A DNA stretch of 64,000 nucleotides from positions 124,001 through 188,000 of the forward strand of contig QPGO01000002.1 of assembly GCA_008632985.1 (NCBI GenBank), in the 5' to 3' direction. Made by a program: the position numbers and the translations under genes. This stretch comes from Psammoneis japonica. Its lineage: Eukaryota. Shown here one piece after another: positions 36,901 to 47,200 of the stretch; the first letter of the stretch is position 1; the number at the start of each line of letters is the position of its first letter. Below the pieces are notes generated by a model. It was not told the origin of the DNA. It saw only the letters and a list, made by a program, of their open reading frames with translations, and ran no database searches.

Positions 36901-39339
36901 TGCTTGCCAAGTTCGCGCAAGCACGTTCAAATTTGAATTCAAACGGTTTGTATGACCCAACGGTCAAATGTGGGTCATTTGCCTCGTCACACTGCACAAG
37001 GTGGGAACGCGCAAAACTCTGTGCAGTTCTGCACGTTCCTTCGTGCGTGCCCACACTGTTCCGCCAAAACCGTGCAGTGTCAGCACACGTTGGTAAAGAG
37101 CCGTGTGGACGCGTGACACATGGGGAGGAGTGCAATGCACAGCTGCCAACAAGAGTTGATGCATCACGGCGACGTGTCACAGCCTTCAAATGTCACAAAG
37201 GGCGTGACAAAAATGACCTTTTGCCTGCACGCATGCTGCACAATGATGTGTTGTGTCAAAAGGTTGATCCAAGTGCTGTGCAGTCCAGCCCAATCAGCAG
37301 CATGACAATCAGAGTGGACCGCAAAGCCTTTTTTCCTGGAGCCCACTCCACCAAAGCTGTCTTGTGACAGCACACTTTCGGGCCAGGTTGCAGTTCTCCA
37401 AATGTCTTTGGCAAAGGATGCAACAGCTCCTCACCTGCATCTGCAGTGATGAGCACAGCAATGCGGGGTGAGGATGCCAGACAAGAAGGCTTGATCCCCG
37501 TGAATGCCAATTCTGCCAAAACCAATCTTGGCTGGAGTTCTTGGAGCCACCACAACACGCAATCCACTTTTGATCTGTTCCACAAAAGCACCAAAATGAG
37601 ACAGATTGCAGCTCAAATGAGAGGAGAAAGGCATGCCAGTGTGTTGGTGATGCAAAAAGGATGACTCAATCCCATGCTGATGTTTCTTTCCTTAAAAAAA
37701 AGCCGCACACCTTGTGCCACTTTGTGCAGAACTTGCAACATGACGTCCACCAAAAAAAGCTTGCTGCAACAATGACTTGTTGGCACAAAGGGATGTTCTT
37801 GAAAGCAGCAGTCAGGATGTGGCAGCAACACAACAAAAGTGCACAAGCCATTTGGAGCTCAAAACATCCAAATTGCAGCTCGCAGGCACTGTCCATGTGT
37901 GACTCCCCCTTGGCATCATCGTCACAAAAAATGTCCTCCTGCTCCTCTTGTTCCAACAATGTTGCTTTGGTTGATGCCTGTTGCACAGTCTGTCGGGTTT
38001 TTGCTGTGACAGTGCAGAATCTTTGCATGTGCAGCCTGTTGTCACTGAATGTCATCATCTCACATGGTGCAGAGTGAAGGACGACAACAGGGGCATGTTT
38101 GAGAGTCACGTGCTTTGCCCCGCATTTGCGCGAGAATTGGAGAACACTTCAGGAATCTCTGCACTCTGTTTTCTGCACTGCAGTGGCTGCCTTCTGCCAA
38201 AAGACACAACAGAAAGAATGCAATTGAGGCTTTGGGATGGATGGATGGATTTCACAACCACAACGTTGCGTGCATTGATGCTCTTGTCTTGCATGCTGTC
38301 TTTTTTACCGTGTCGTGTGTCGGCAACCTGTGAGGTGTGAGGTCCGGTGCTTTTTAAAAAGCGTTGGACCTCGCGAAAAAAGCAAACATCACTCGCCATT
38401 CGCCATGACGATAGTGGCGCCGAATCGCCGCAGCGCTTTGCAATCGTTTTGTATTCTCCAATAGCGCTAACAGACAACACGATTCTTTTGTCTAAGAACA
38501 CTATGGCCGCTTATAAATTGTCACAAAAAGTCAAAATCTGTCGCAGGTAGCGGTCTTTCACGTGTGTCTCAAACGCTCAAAAAACGGTATGTTGTCTCTT
38601 ACGCACTCGCCCGGTGCACTCGATTGTGATTGTACTACACATGTTGACATTGTCACACACGTTGATATTTTTCACTGTTTGTTACTTGATACTTTTTGGC
38701 AGAGTAGCCAAGCTCGGGATCCGTGCTGTGCTATGATCTCTGCCGCTTGACTCAACTCACACATGACTATCATTGCTGTTCTTACTTGTAGTAGCAATTT
38801 ATGGCTGTACAATCAGAACGATACTTTTTCTTCTTCTTTGCTTCAAGTTACGACTCCTTACACGTTGGATGCGTCCGAAGCCGAGGAGCAACGTCCACTC
38901 ATTTTTGAAGTATTGGCACCCGTCTTTTAACTGCTCTTCTCGGAATTTAAGTAAGTTGGCCACCAGGAGAAACTCGTATCCTTCGTTGGTGTGGACTGGA
39001 CGGATCAATGGTCTCACTCTATCCATACAATTCTCCCTTTGTTTGCTCTCTTGCCATTTTTCCCTACCTAGACGGCGGCGCCGTTCTGCCAAGAGGCTTT
39101 GAAAGACGAAGACGCCGTGCTAGCAGCGGTTTGGTCAAGTCCATTGCAACGTTGATGGAAATCGTACTGGACGATTGCGCATGTGCCCTGATTCAGTTTG
39201 TCGCTCGGTACGCTCTTTTTTATCATCTAATCTTTGTAAGTCGAGCCATCAAATTCATCAGCAGCAAGCTATCGTCCAAACCCAAAAAAGGAAACTGCTT
39301 TGGGCTGAAGCATGTACTACTGGTGCTAAAGCGATCCAG

Positions 39340-39715
39340 CTGGCATTGGGGCCCTACTACTCTAGATCTGAAACCGTGGTATAGGCAAGAATGAGGATGC
39401 TGCAGTCTACAAAGAATACTCTTCGGTGCATCAAATTAGAAAAGCTTATCACTGGGGAAACTTTGCGCCTCTTTCAGAACAACGACGAGAGAGAATGCTC
39501 TCCGAGGTCCAGACGCTTGCCAAGAATCAGCAGAGGGGCGAACCCATACTGCTGGTCTCATATGGTGGACCAGTGACTCATGTTTATCAGCGTCTTACCG
39601 GCAACAAACAGTCCCTACATGGTGAGAGCATGCTATAGTGTTTACATGCAGGTCGAGGGTGACGAGGATTGGAAACCAATCGTTGTCAACGAGTCGATTT
39701 CGTCCACTTCTGAGA
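39340..39715 (+). pseudogene. Fragment resembling the C-terminal half of a histidine-phosphatase (phosphoglycerate mutase) family gene
   Basis: ERMLSEVQTLAKNQQRGEPILLVSYGGPVTHVY... (cf. ILLVSHGG), continued in another frame by CYSVY....EDWKPIVVNES. Confidence 0.5.
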
Positions 39716-39719
39716 ATCA

Positions 39720-40690
39720 CGGCGCAGCCTGGCGACTTGTTCCAGTTTCGTCAGTTGCGTTCCATGGCTGTCCAGGGTGGAGATGATTTGGAACGTGCCG
39801 CTGGGTACGCCGTTGCGAACGATTTGCTTAGTTCCGAACTCAATCATGTGCACCATCTCAATGGTTTTGCGGATAATGTCTACGCGGAGGCCCTTGTCAC
39901 AGACCATGGTTATGAAATTGTGTTGAAGACTCTGGTCATTTATCGTAATCCCAACACAAGAGCCAAATTGAAAATGGAGTTCGCCACAATGGGTAACATG
40001 AAGATTGTCGAACGCCCGCAGTCTCAAAATATTTGCCCTCTCACTCAGATCGCCCTCCGCGCCTCCATCAAGGTCTCCTCCATGAGACGGGGCACATCTT
40101 TGGAACCACTGCCTACGAAGACGCGGCGACACTAGAGAAGGGATGCATGATTCGACCCACAACTTGTATCGACGAGTTCTTTCGATCCATGTGCGCCCAA
40201 TTTGCATGTGGCCATTCAACCTCGATTCCCATCTTGTTGGATTTCTCAATCACCATTGTCGAGTCGACTAACATGCGTTGCCTCACTCCACACGCCACGT
40301 CGGAAACGGGAAGCTTCCTTGCCGTCAACCGCTACGCAAGAATTTAAAGACGGTGTTCTCGATGCGCTTGTCGATTGTGTCCTGGTTTCGTGTTGGATAT
40401 GGCGTAGCACGCTTGTTCATCAGTAGTGTCTGTTAACACCGGGAGAAAGACACTTCTTGAACTGTTGGCGCCGACAAGGTGCCTTGTGACGCATTCAGCA
40501 CTGTTTTGCGAGTACGAGAGCGTGCCCTGTAGGATCAGTCGTTACGCGTACCTTAAGCGAAATGGTGCATCATGTCTAGTATTGCTGATACAGCTCGAGT
40601 TTCGTAGTCTTGAACCTAACTCTAGTGTGCCTTTGTTGTTTTTGTAGTGTCTTCGGCGAAGACGCCCTCGTTAATGTTACTGGAGGAGAA
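39720..40690 (+). pseudogene. COPB1: Coatomer beta subunit (beta-COP) C-terminal fragment, frameshifted
   Basis: QPGDLFQFRQL, GFADNVYAEA, EFATMGNMKIVERPQ, RASIKVSS, ETGHIFG, IRPTTCIDEFFRSM, STNMRCLTP, SFLAVNRYAR, then SVFGEDALVNV after an acceptor-like TTTTGTAG at 40648. Confidence 0.85.
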
Positions 40691-40744
40691 GCGTGCTCAG
40701 TTGGCCGCGGGGGGGGAACCTTGGACGATGCGGGACCCGTCCCT

Positions 40745-40900
40745 CTTACCTACGTTGTCAACTACGTCTTGTTCTTTTCGCTCCCGTACTTTTTGGGCGA
40801 AATCTTTGATCCCCGTCACGGCTAACTTGATTGGCGCTTCTTTCTACTCTGTGGGAATGATGCATGGTGGAATCATTGTCGGGGTCTTGTCTGATTTGTA
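40745..40900 (+). pseudogene. Short fragment of an MFS sugar-phosphate transporter (SLC37/OPA-like)
   Basis: VVNYVLFFSLPYFL then, in a shifted frame, ANLIGASFYSVGMMHGGIIVGVLSDL (cf. LFFWLP.Y...YDVG...GG...G..SD). Confidence 0.6.
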
Positions 40901-42085
40901 GTAGCAGTGTTCTTACTAAAGCTGTGCATCATCCCCTATTTCCTCGAGACGTTTGTCCTCAATTCTATCTGTTGTGCATGCAAATGCGATGGCGGTAACA
41001 AGCGCACAGTAACCTACGACTGACTCTACTGCTTGTAACGATTAGCTCGACACAAGACCTATGTAGCACAGCCTCAATCCAGCAAATGCGACTACCGCTA
41101 GCTCCAACTTTACAACAGTCGTTTCCTTCATTCCCATCATGATTGTTCTTGCCAAAAAGACACCCCCAATGCTAACCAATCCCAATCCTATAGCTACAGG
41201 TGTCATTGGCCATCCCAGTGTACCTCCGACAAACCTCACAGCAGATATACGATATCGGGCCCATGCTTTTGTCTATTGCAGCTACACCACCAACGAGACC
41301 GACTATGCATACCCAACCAAAGGAAGATTCAGCATTTCCTGATGATGGTGCTTGTGCTGCGCTTTGTATTTGATTTGTTTTCTGACTACCTTCAGTATGT
41401 TCAATTTCTATAGGTTCCATGTCTTTGCTGTCAAGAAATACACGTGTTTCATCGTCCCCATCAAAATCACTCATATCCGAGTCTTTTCCTGCCAATACTC
41501 TTTTGCTCTCTTTGCTGCTTTCCTCCGTCAACAACAAGTTATGCTGCAACGCCCACGACGGACAAGTTGCCGACGCGACACTCTTGTACGTCCTCAAGGC
41601 AAGTATCCCCCAATAATAGACATCCCACCAAGAGTCGCGCTACTCTATCGGCCAAATACGCATCCGCTTCAAAGAATGTTAAAAAAAAACGCTTAGACTT
41701 GTACTTTTATTGCTCCACTTATTCCGTTCTACATTCGTCATGACGTGTTTCAATCTTCTCCGACTTTCTCTACACTTGAAAATACATTCTACAGTATACA
41801 GCACAACAAGAACAAATTGTGAGACCCATATATTTGGAAACACATGCACCGTAAATACGACGGCAACAGAGATTCATCCATAACGGTCTGCAAGGGCAAA
41901 GACATTGAGTGAGTTTGAATGCAGGCGAGGGTGGATCTCCCGAAGCAACACTTCATGCCAGGCTGACATCACAAAGAATAGAATCACTTCTGAATGGAGA
42001 GGCAAAGTTGGAGGTAGCAGGAATGGCGGGAGTTGGGAAGATGCAGCTTCGTGCGTTGAATACTGCTACAGATACTTCCTTCTTA

Positions 42086-43037
42086 TTACGGTCTTTTGAT
42101 TTGGCTTCGTGCACCAATAGCAAAGAGTGTTGCAGCGGAGTACAAACAGCTTATGACCGACACTACTAGTCGTTTGCCCTCGGACGAAGATTCCGCATGA
42201 TCGTTGGCGATCGCATGAATGCGTAACCTCCCACGCTTCCGCTTGGCCGGAGGTGTGGGTTGATCACTGCTGGTCTTCTTCCATGTCAGCGTGTTGGCCA
42301 GTGGCGGCACGGACTGTTGACTCCTAGCCACAGCATGCGTAAAAACCCAAGCTTGCAAGAAATTGGGTTCTCCGACGAAAAGCGCTGTACTTGTACGGAC
42401 TTTAGCTTGTTCACCGTCTCCTTCGATCCAGAAGAAATAGGCCCGCGTTGCAGATGATAGAACGCCGTACCACCGACCATTCTCATTCATGTGTAACCAA
42501 GAACCTGAATCAGCCCAATATCCGCCGGAGCAGCAATGTCAACTTTGTTTTTCAACGTAATAGCATCCGGCTTTCCCAGCCCCCCTCGAGTTGTCATTGT
42601 GCCCAGAAGGCCCGCCGTCATGAGTGATTTCTTCAGCACACAACCCAGCATGTATCCTTCTTCCTCTTTTTCATCCGAGAGCCAGATTGTGGGAGAAGAA
42701 TCAAACATTGAAAGTTGAAAGATATCAGAGTATTTTGGTCTCAGAGGTATGGGTCGTTCCGTAGTGTAAGCTTCCACGAGTTTCATGAAGCCATTCCATT
42801 CCGATTTCGGGATAAATTCGGTATCATGAAGCGTTGTTGTAACAGAAGCTCCGTTCTTGTTACCTGCGGCGCGATCAAATCATCGTAATGGCTGAAGATA
42901 ATCTGCATCGTGTTCCTCCAATTGTTGCGCTCCTCCTTCTCCTTCGGAGTCAGAAAGTTTACTGGCAATTCATCTACGACACTGTCGAAGACTCTCCCTC
43001 GTTTCGTATGGTTGTCGAAGAACTCGTAGTCGCCCAT
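42086..43037 (-). pseudogene. Unknown protein-coding relic in three successive frames
   Basis: ORFs 43037-42783, 42786-42487 and 42490-42086 have globular-protein-like composition. No domain recognised. Confidence 0.35.
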
Positions 43038-43519
43038 GGTCGTTTTGCGCCGACTTGTCGTTCAGCAACACACCGTCAATAATCGGTTACATACAGTCAG
43101 TATAGTGGCGTGGATGCGTGGGGCGTGGGGCTGCAGTATCTTCAGATATGCCTTCTTTGGTCGGGCTGGAATATGTACGACTATACCGTTTCGAGATTTT
43201 ATACTCTCGACTGATACATCGAGGAGTACCGTACATGCCGAATCGTTCTAGCTAGAGGGACTACTCTTTAGTGCCACCTGTCCGTTTTAGAGTGTAAAGT
43301 GTAAACAGGCCCTACCTTTTTATTGATGAGGCGAATTCCAGAATTTCGGTGACGACGAACCCCAAACGATGATGATAATGCAGTAGTCGAGTTTGATCCT
43401 ACTGCATTTCAGCACGACAGCGCGCTACTTCTAACCACAGCGCGCGTTGTTCCACACGGATCAGCCCACAAATAATGATGCCTCAACAAACAATACCAGC
43501 CTTGCAAAGTTCCTTTCGC

Positions 43520-44010
43520 CGTTAGTTGACGCCTTTTTCTTAGGAGCTGCCTTCTTCTTGGTGGCTGCAAAATAAAATATACTGTATGTCACGCAAATGC
43601 TTATGAGACACATCGGATGAACGACCGAGATCAAAATGCGCAACGCACACGAGAAACCGTACCAGCCTTCTTGTTAGGAGCAGACCTCTTTTTCGGAGCC
43701 GCCTTCTTCTTGGGCGCCTAAAACGACAGTTGACGAGAAACGCATAGCAATGAGGCATGATGGTTAGAGATGATCCGACGAATGATGCCGACACGTCACA
43801 CACGTAACAGAGACATTGTGTAGTTACCACAAGCAACTTTCAGCAAGCTTACCGTTTTCTTGGGAGCTGTCTTCTTCTTCTGTCCAGCCTTCTTGGCGGG
43901 AGCCTTTTTGGGAGCAGCCTTCTTTGCCTTCTTCTTTTGGCCTCAGCCGAGAGCTTGTACGACGCATTGTTCGGTACCAACACACCCGTCTCGACGCCAC
44001 GCAAGAGTCT
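43520..44010 (-). pseudogene. Histone H1-like fragment (end of globular domain plus Lys/Ala/Pro tail split by two introns)
   Basis: LLRGVETGVLVPNNASYKLSAEAK, then after a 1-nt shift KKAKKAAPKKAPAKK...KKKTAPKK, APKKKAAPKK and ATKKKAAPKKKA, separated by GT..AG segments. No clear N-terminus. Confidence 0.7.
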
Positions 44011-44264
44011 ACGTTGAAAGGTTCGCCATGGCAGAACCGGTAGCTGCACCCGCAGAAATGGCAACCACAGCCCATAGACCCATGATATGATACCTCAGGT
44101 GCTGTGCCAACAGTCAATGCAACCGAATGGGGGTGAATCAGCCTGACTTTAGAGAACAATGTCATGGCGTAGTGGTGGTACAAATCGTACCTTGAACGGC
44201 TACGCAGAAGACTCCGACCGCTGAAACGTCAATTACAGAGCCCCAAACGCATCACTTGGCGCGA

Positions 44265-47200
44265 TCAAAGGGGGGGAGTGATAAAGCCAAAGAACTCGAG
44301 TTCGTTGATCTGATGACTGCCACCCCCTGTCTCTGTCACATGGTAACGAATGAGTTTGTACGCCGCGCTCGGAATGGACAAGATAACCTGTACCACCTGG
44401 TTGCGTTCTGAAAATAAAGCTCCTTCCTCGGTAGCATTGTAACAGAAGATATCAACGTAGGTCACACCGTCATTGGATCCTTCAATACAAAATTTAGTTG
44501 GATCCCGGGTTGGCACATCGTTGCCGGAAGTTATGGTGAAGTTTGTAATCGTAGCGCTTGTAGCAAACTCAACTTGAACCCATTGTGGCGGTCCGTTGCA
44601 GCACCATTTCGAAGTCGTGGGACCAACATGGTTGTTGAAAACGTTAAACGCGTTCTCTCCACCAAAGCCTTCCTTGCTGCTCGCCGTTACGTCGAGCCAA
44701 CCCCATGATGGGTCACTTTCTCCACCCACTGTAGCATTACAAGGTTCAGCAGGGCAAGTCAAATCGTTGCCAACAAGGGCATCTGTGCCAAGGGCTGTCA
44801 AACCACTGCCAAGAACCGTAATGGTGGCTGGCGGGGCAGAGGGGACAGTCGATGGTGAGGCCGAAGGCGTGGCGCTGGGGTAAGATGATGGCAAAGCTGA
44901 AGGCGACGCACTGGGAGACACGCTGGGCAATTCAGAGGGAGCGTGACTTGGCGCATCTGAGGGGACGTTGCTTGGAGAAACCGATGGAGCATCACTTGGA
45001 ATGTCAGACGGCGCTGCGGAGGGAACTGACGAGGGTTCCGATGACGGCATGTCACTTGGTGCAAATGAGGGCGATCCCGAAGGAACGGATGAAGGAGCAG
45101 ACGAGGGAACAGATGATGGCGCATCACTTGGTGCCGTCGAAGGGTGCTCTGAAGGAACATCACTTGGCGGCTTTGAGGGTGTTTCCGAAGGCTCACTGCT
45201 TGGGACAACGCTTGGTGTGTTGGATGGGAGATCACTGGGAGCTACAGATGGAATGTCACTTGGCAAATCAAAAGGCGCACCAGAAGGTACATCACTTGGG
45301 CCTGCAGATGGTGAGGAAGATGGCACAAAACTCGGGACAGATGATGGGTTTGTCGACGGAACATTGCTGGGTGCCAAACTCGGAAGAGCCGATGGGTTCG
45401 TTGATGGCAACGTAGACGGTTGAAGAGAAGGCACATCACTCGGCTGAGCGGATGGACTAGTCGACGGGGCATTACTGGGAGCCGCACTTGGGGTTGTCGA
45501 AGGCGTAGTTGAGGGGGCAGTCGAAGGCGATAAGGACGGCATCCTGCTCGGTTCAGAAGATGGAGTCGTCGTTGGCTGATCTGATGGACTAATCGACGGG
45601 ATATGACTGGGAGCAGCACTCGGGACACCTGATGGGTTTGTTGAAGGCAACGTAGACGGTTGAAGAGAAGGCACATCACTGGGCTGAACGGAGGGGCTAG
45701 TCGACGGGATGGCACTGGGTGACGAACTAGGGCCAATCGAAGGCACTATAGACGGGTGCAGAGAAGGCACATCACTCGGCTGAGCGGATGGACTAGACGA
45801 AGGGACATCACTGGGAGCCGCACTTGGCATTGCCGACGGAGTAGTAGATGGCACCGTTGATGGGGTGAGAGACGGGCCATCACTCGGTTCTGCCGAAGGT
45901 CTTGTAGAAGGTACATCACTGGGTGCTTCACTTGGGACCGCAGATGGAGTAGCCGAGGGCACCGTTGAAGGGGTGAGAGACGGGACATCACTTGGTTCCG
46001 CAGATGGTATTGTTGAAGGCATGTCACTAGGATCAGCACTCGGCATTGCAGATGGAGTAGTAGAGGGCACCGTCGAGGGTGTCGTAGATGGAATATCACT
46101 CGGTTCTGCCGATGGTGTTGTAGAAGGTACATCACTGGGAGCTGCACTTGGCATTGCCGACGGAGTAGCAGAGGGCACCTTTGATGGGGTGAGAGACGGG
46201 CCATCACTCGGTTCTGCCGAAGGTCTTGTAGAAGGTAAACCACTCGGCGCTTCACTTGGGATCGCAGATGGAGTAGCTGAGGGTGCCGTTGAAGGGGTTA
46301 GAGACGGGACATCACTTGGTTCCGCAGATGGCATTGTTGAAGGCATGTCACTAGGATCAGCACTCGGCATTGCAGATGGAGCAGCAGAGGGCACCGACGA
46401 AGGGGTGACAGACGGGGTGTCACTTGGCTCCACAGATGGTCTTGTTGAAGGCACGTTACTGGGAGCTGAACTCGGGACTGCCGACGGAGAAGTAGATGGA
46501 ATATCACTCGGTTCTGTCGATGGTGTTGTAGAAGGTACATCACTCGGAGCTGCACTTGGCATTGCCGACGGAGTAGCAGAGGGCACCGTCGAAGGGGTGA
46601 GAGACGGGCCATCGCTCGGTTCTGCCGAAGGCACGTCACTCGGCACTGCGCTGGGGAATGTAGATGGAACTGCAGAAGGAACTGCTGAAGGCCCGAGAGA
46701 CGGGACATCGCTTGGTTGTTCAGAAGGTGTTGTAGAAGGTACATCACTGGGAGCGGAACTCGGGACTGCAGACGGAGTAGTAGAGGGCACCGTCGAAGGT
46801 GTCGAAGACGGAACATCACTCGGCTCTATCGAAGGTGTTGTAGAAGGTATGTCACTCGGGGCTGAACTCGGCATTGCCGACGGAGTAGTAGATGGCACTT
46901 TTGATGGGGTGACAGACGGGCCATCACTCGGTTCTGCCGAAGGTCTCGTAGAAGGTATATCACTCGGCGCTTCACTTGGGATCGCAGATGGAGTAGCTGA
47001 GGGCGCCGTTGAAGGGGTGAGAGACGGGACATCGCTTGGTTCTCCAGATGGTATTGTTGAAGGCATGTCACTAGGAACAGCACTCGGCATTGCAGATGGA
47101 GCAGCAGAGGGCACCGACGAAGGGGTGACAGACGGGGTGTCACTTGGCTCCACAGATGGTCTTGTTGAAGGCACGTCACTGGGGGCGGAACTCGGGACTG

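Larger units (their letters stand above)
30636..37005 (-). mobile_element. Near full-length tyrosine-recombinase retrotransposon with split direct repeats (DIRS order, Ngaro/PAT-like)
   Basis: Gag-like 36772-~34500. RT 34449-33133 (KIDLADG, LPMGWANSPP, YVDNF). RNase H 33182-~32300 (HDAAGHGAGG, ITNTDLELAG, TDN, NTAADDASR). Tyrosine recombinase 32211-31200 (FFLSRPGEH, CLRAAGA, LGRWRSDEMLRHL). Repeat order on the minus strand: A1-ORFs-B1-A2-B2. Frameshifted. Confidence 0.92.

Noticed and set aside
30636..37005. ADAR-type RNA editing or RT error during retrotransposition
   Set aside because: Changes occur in both strand directions within one element, differ between its repeats and also affect a DNA-type MITE and its flanks.
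1..38340. Classical RIP or CpG methylation alone
   Set aside because: RIP creates TpA. CpG decay cannot turn TAY into CAY/TGY or TTAA into TCAA, and TpA is lost where CpG persists.
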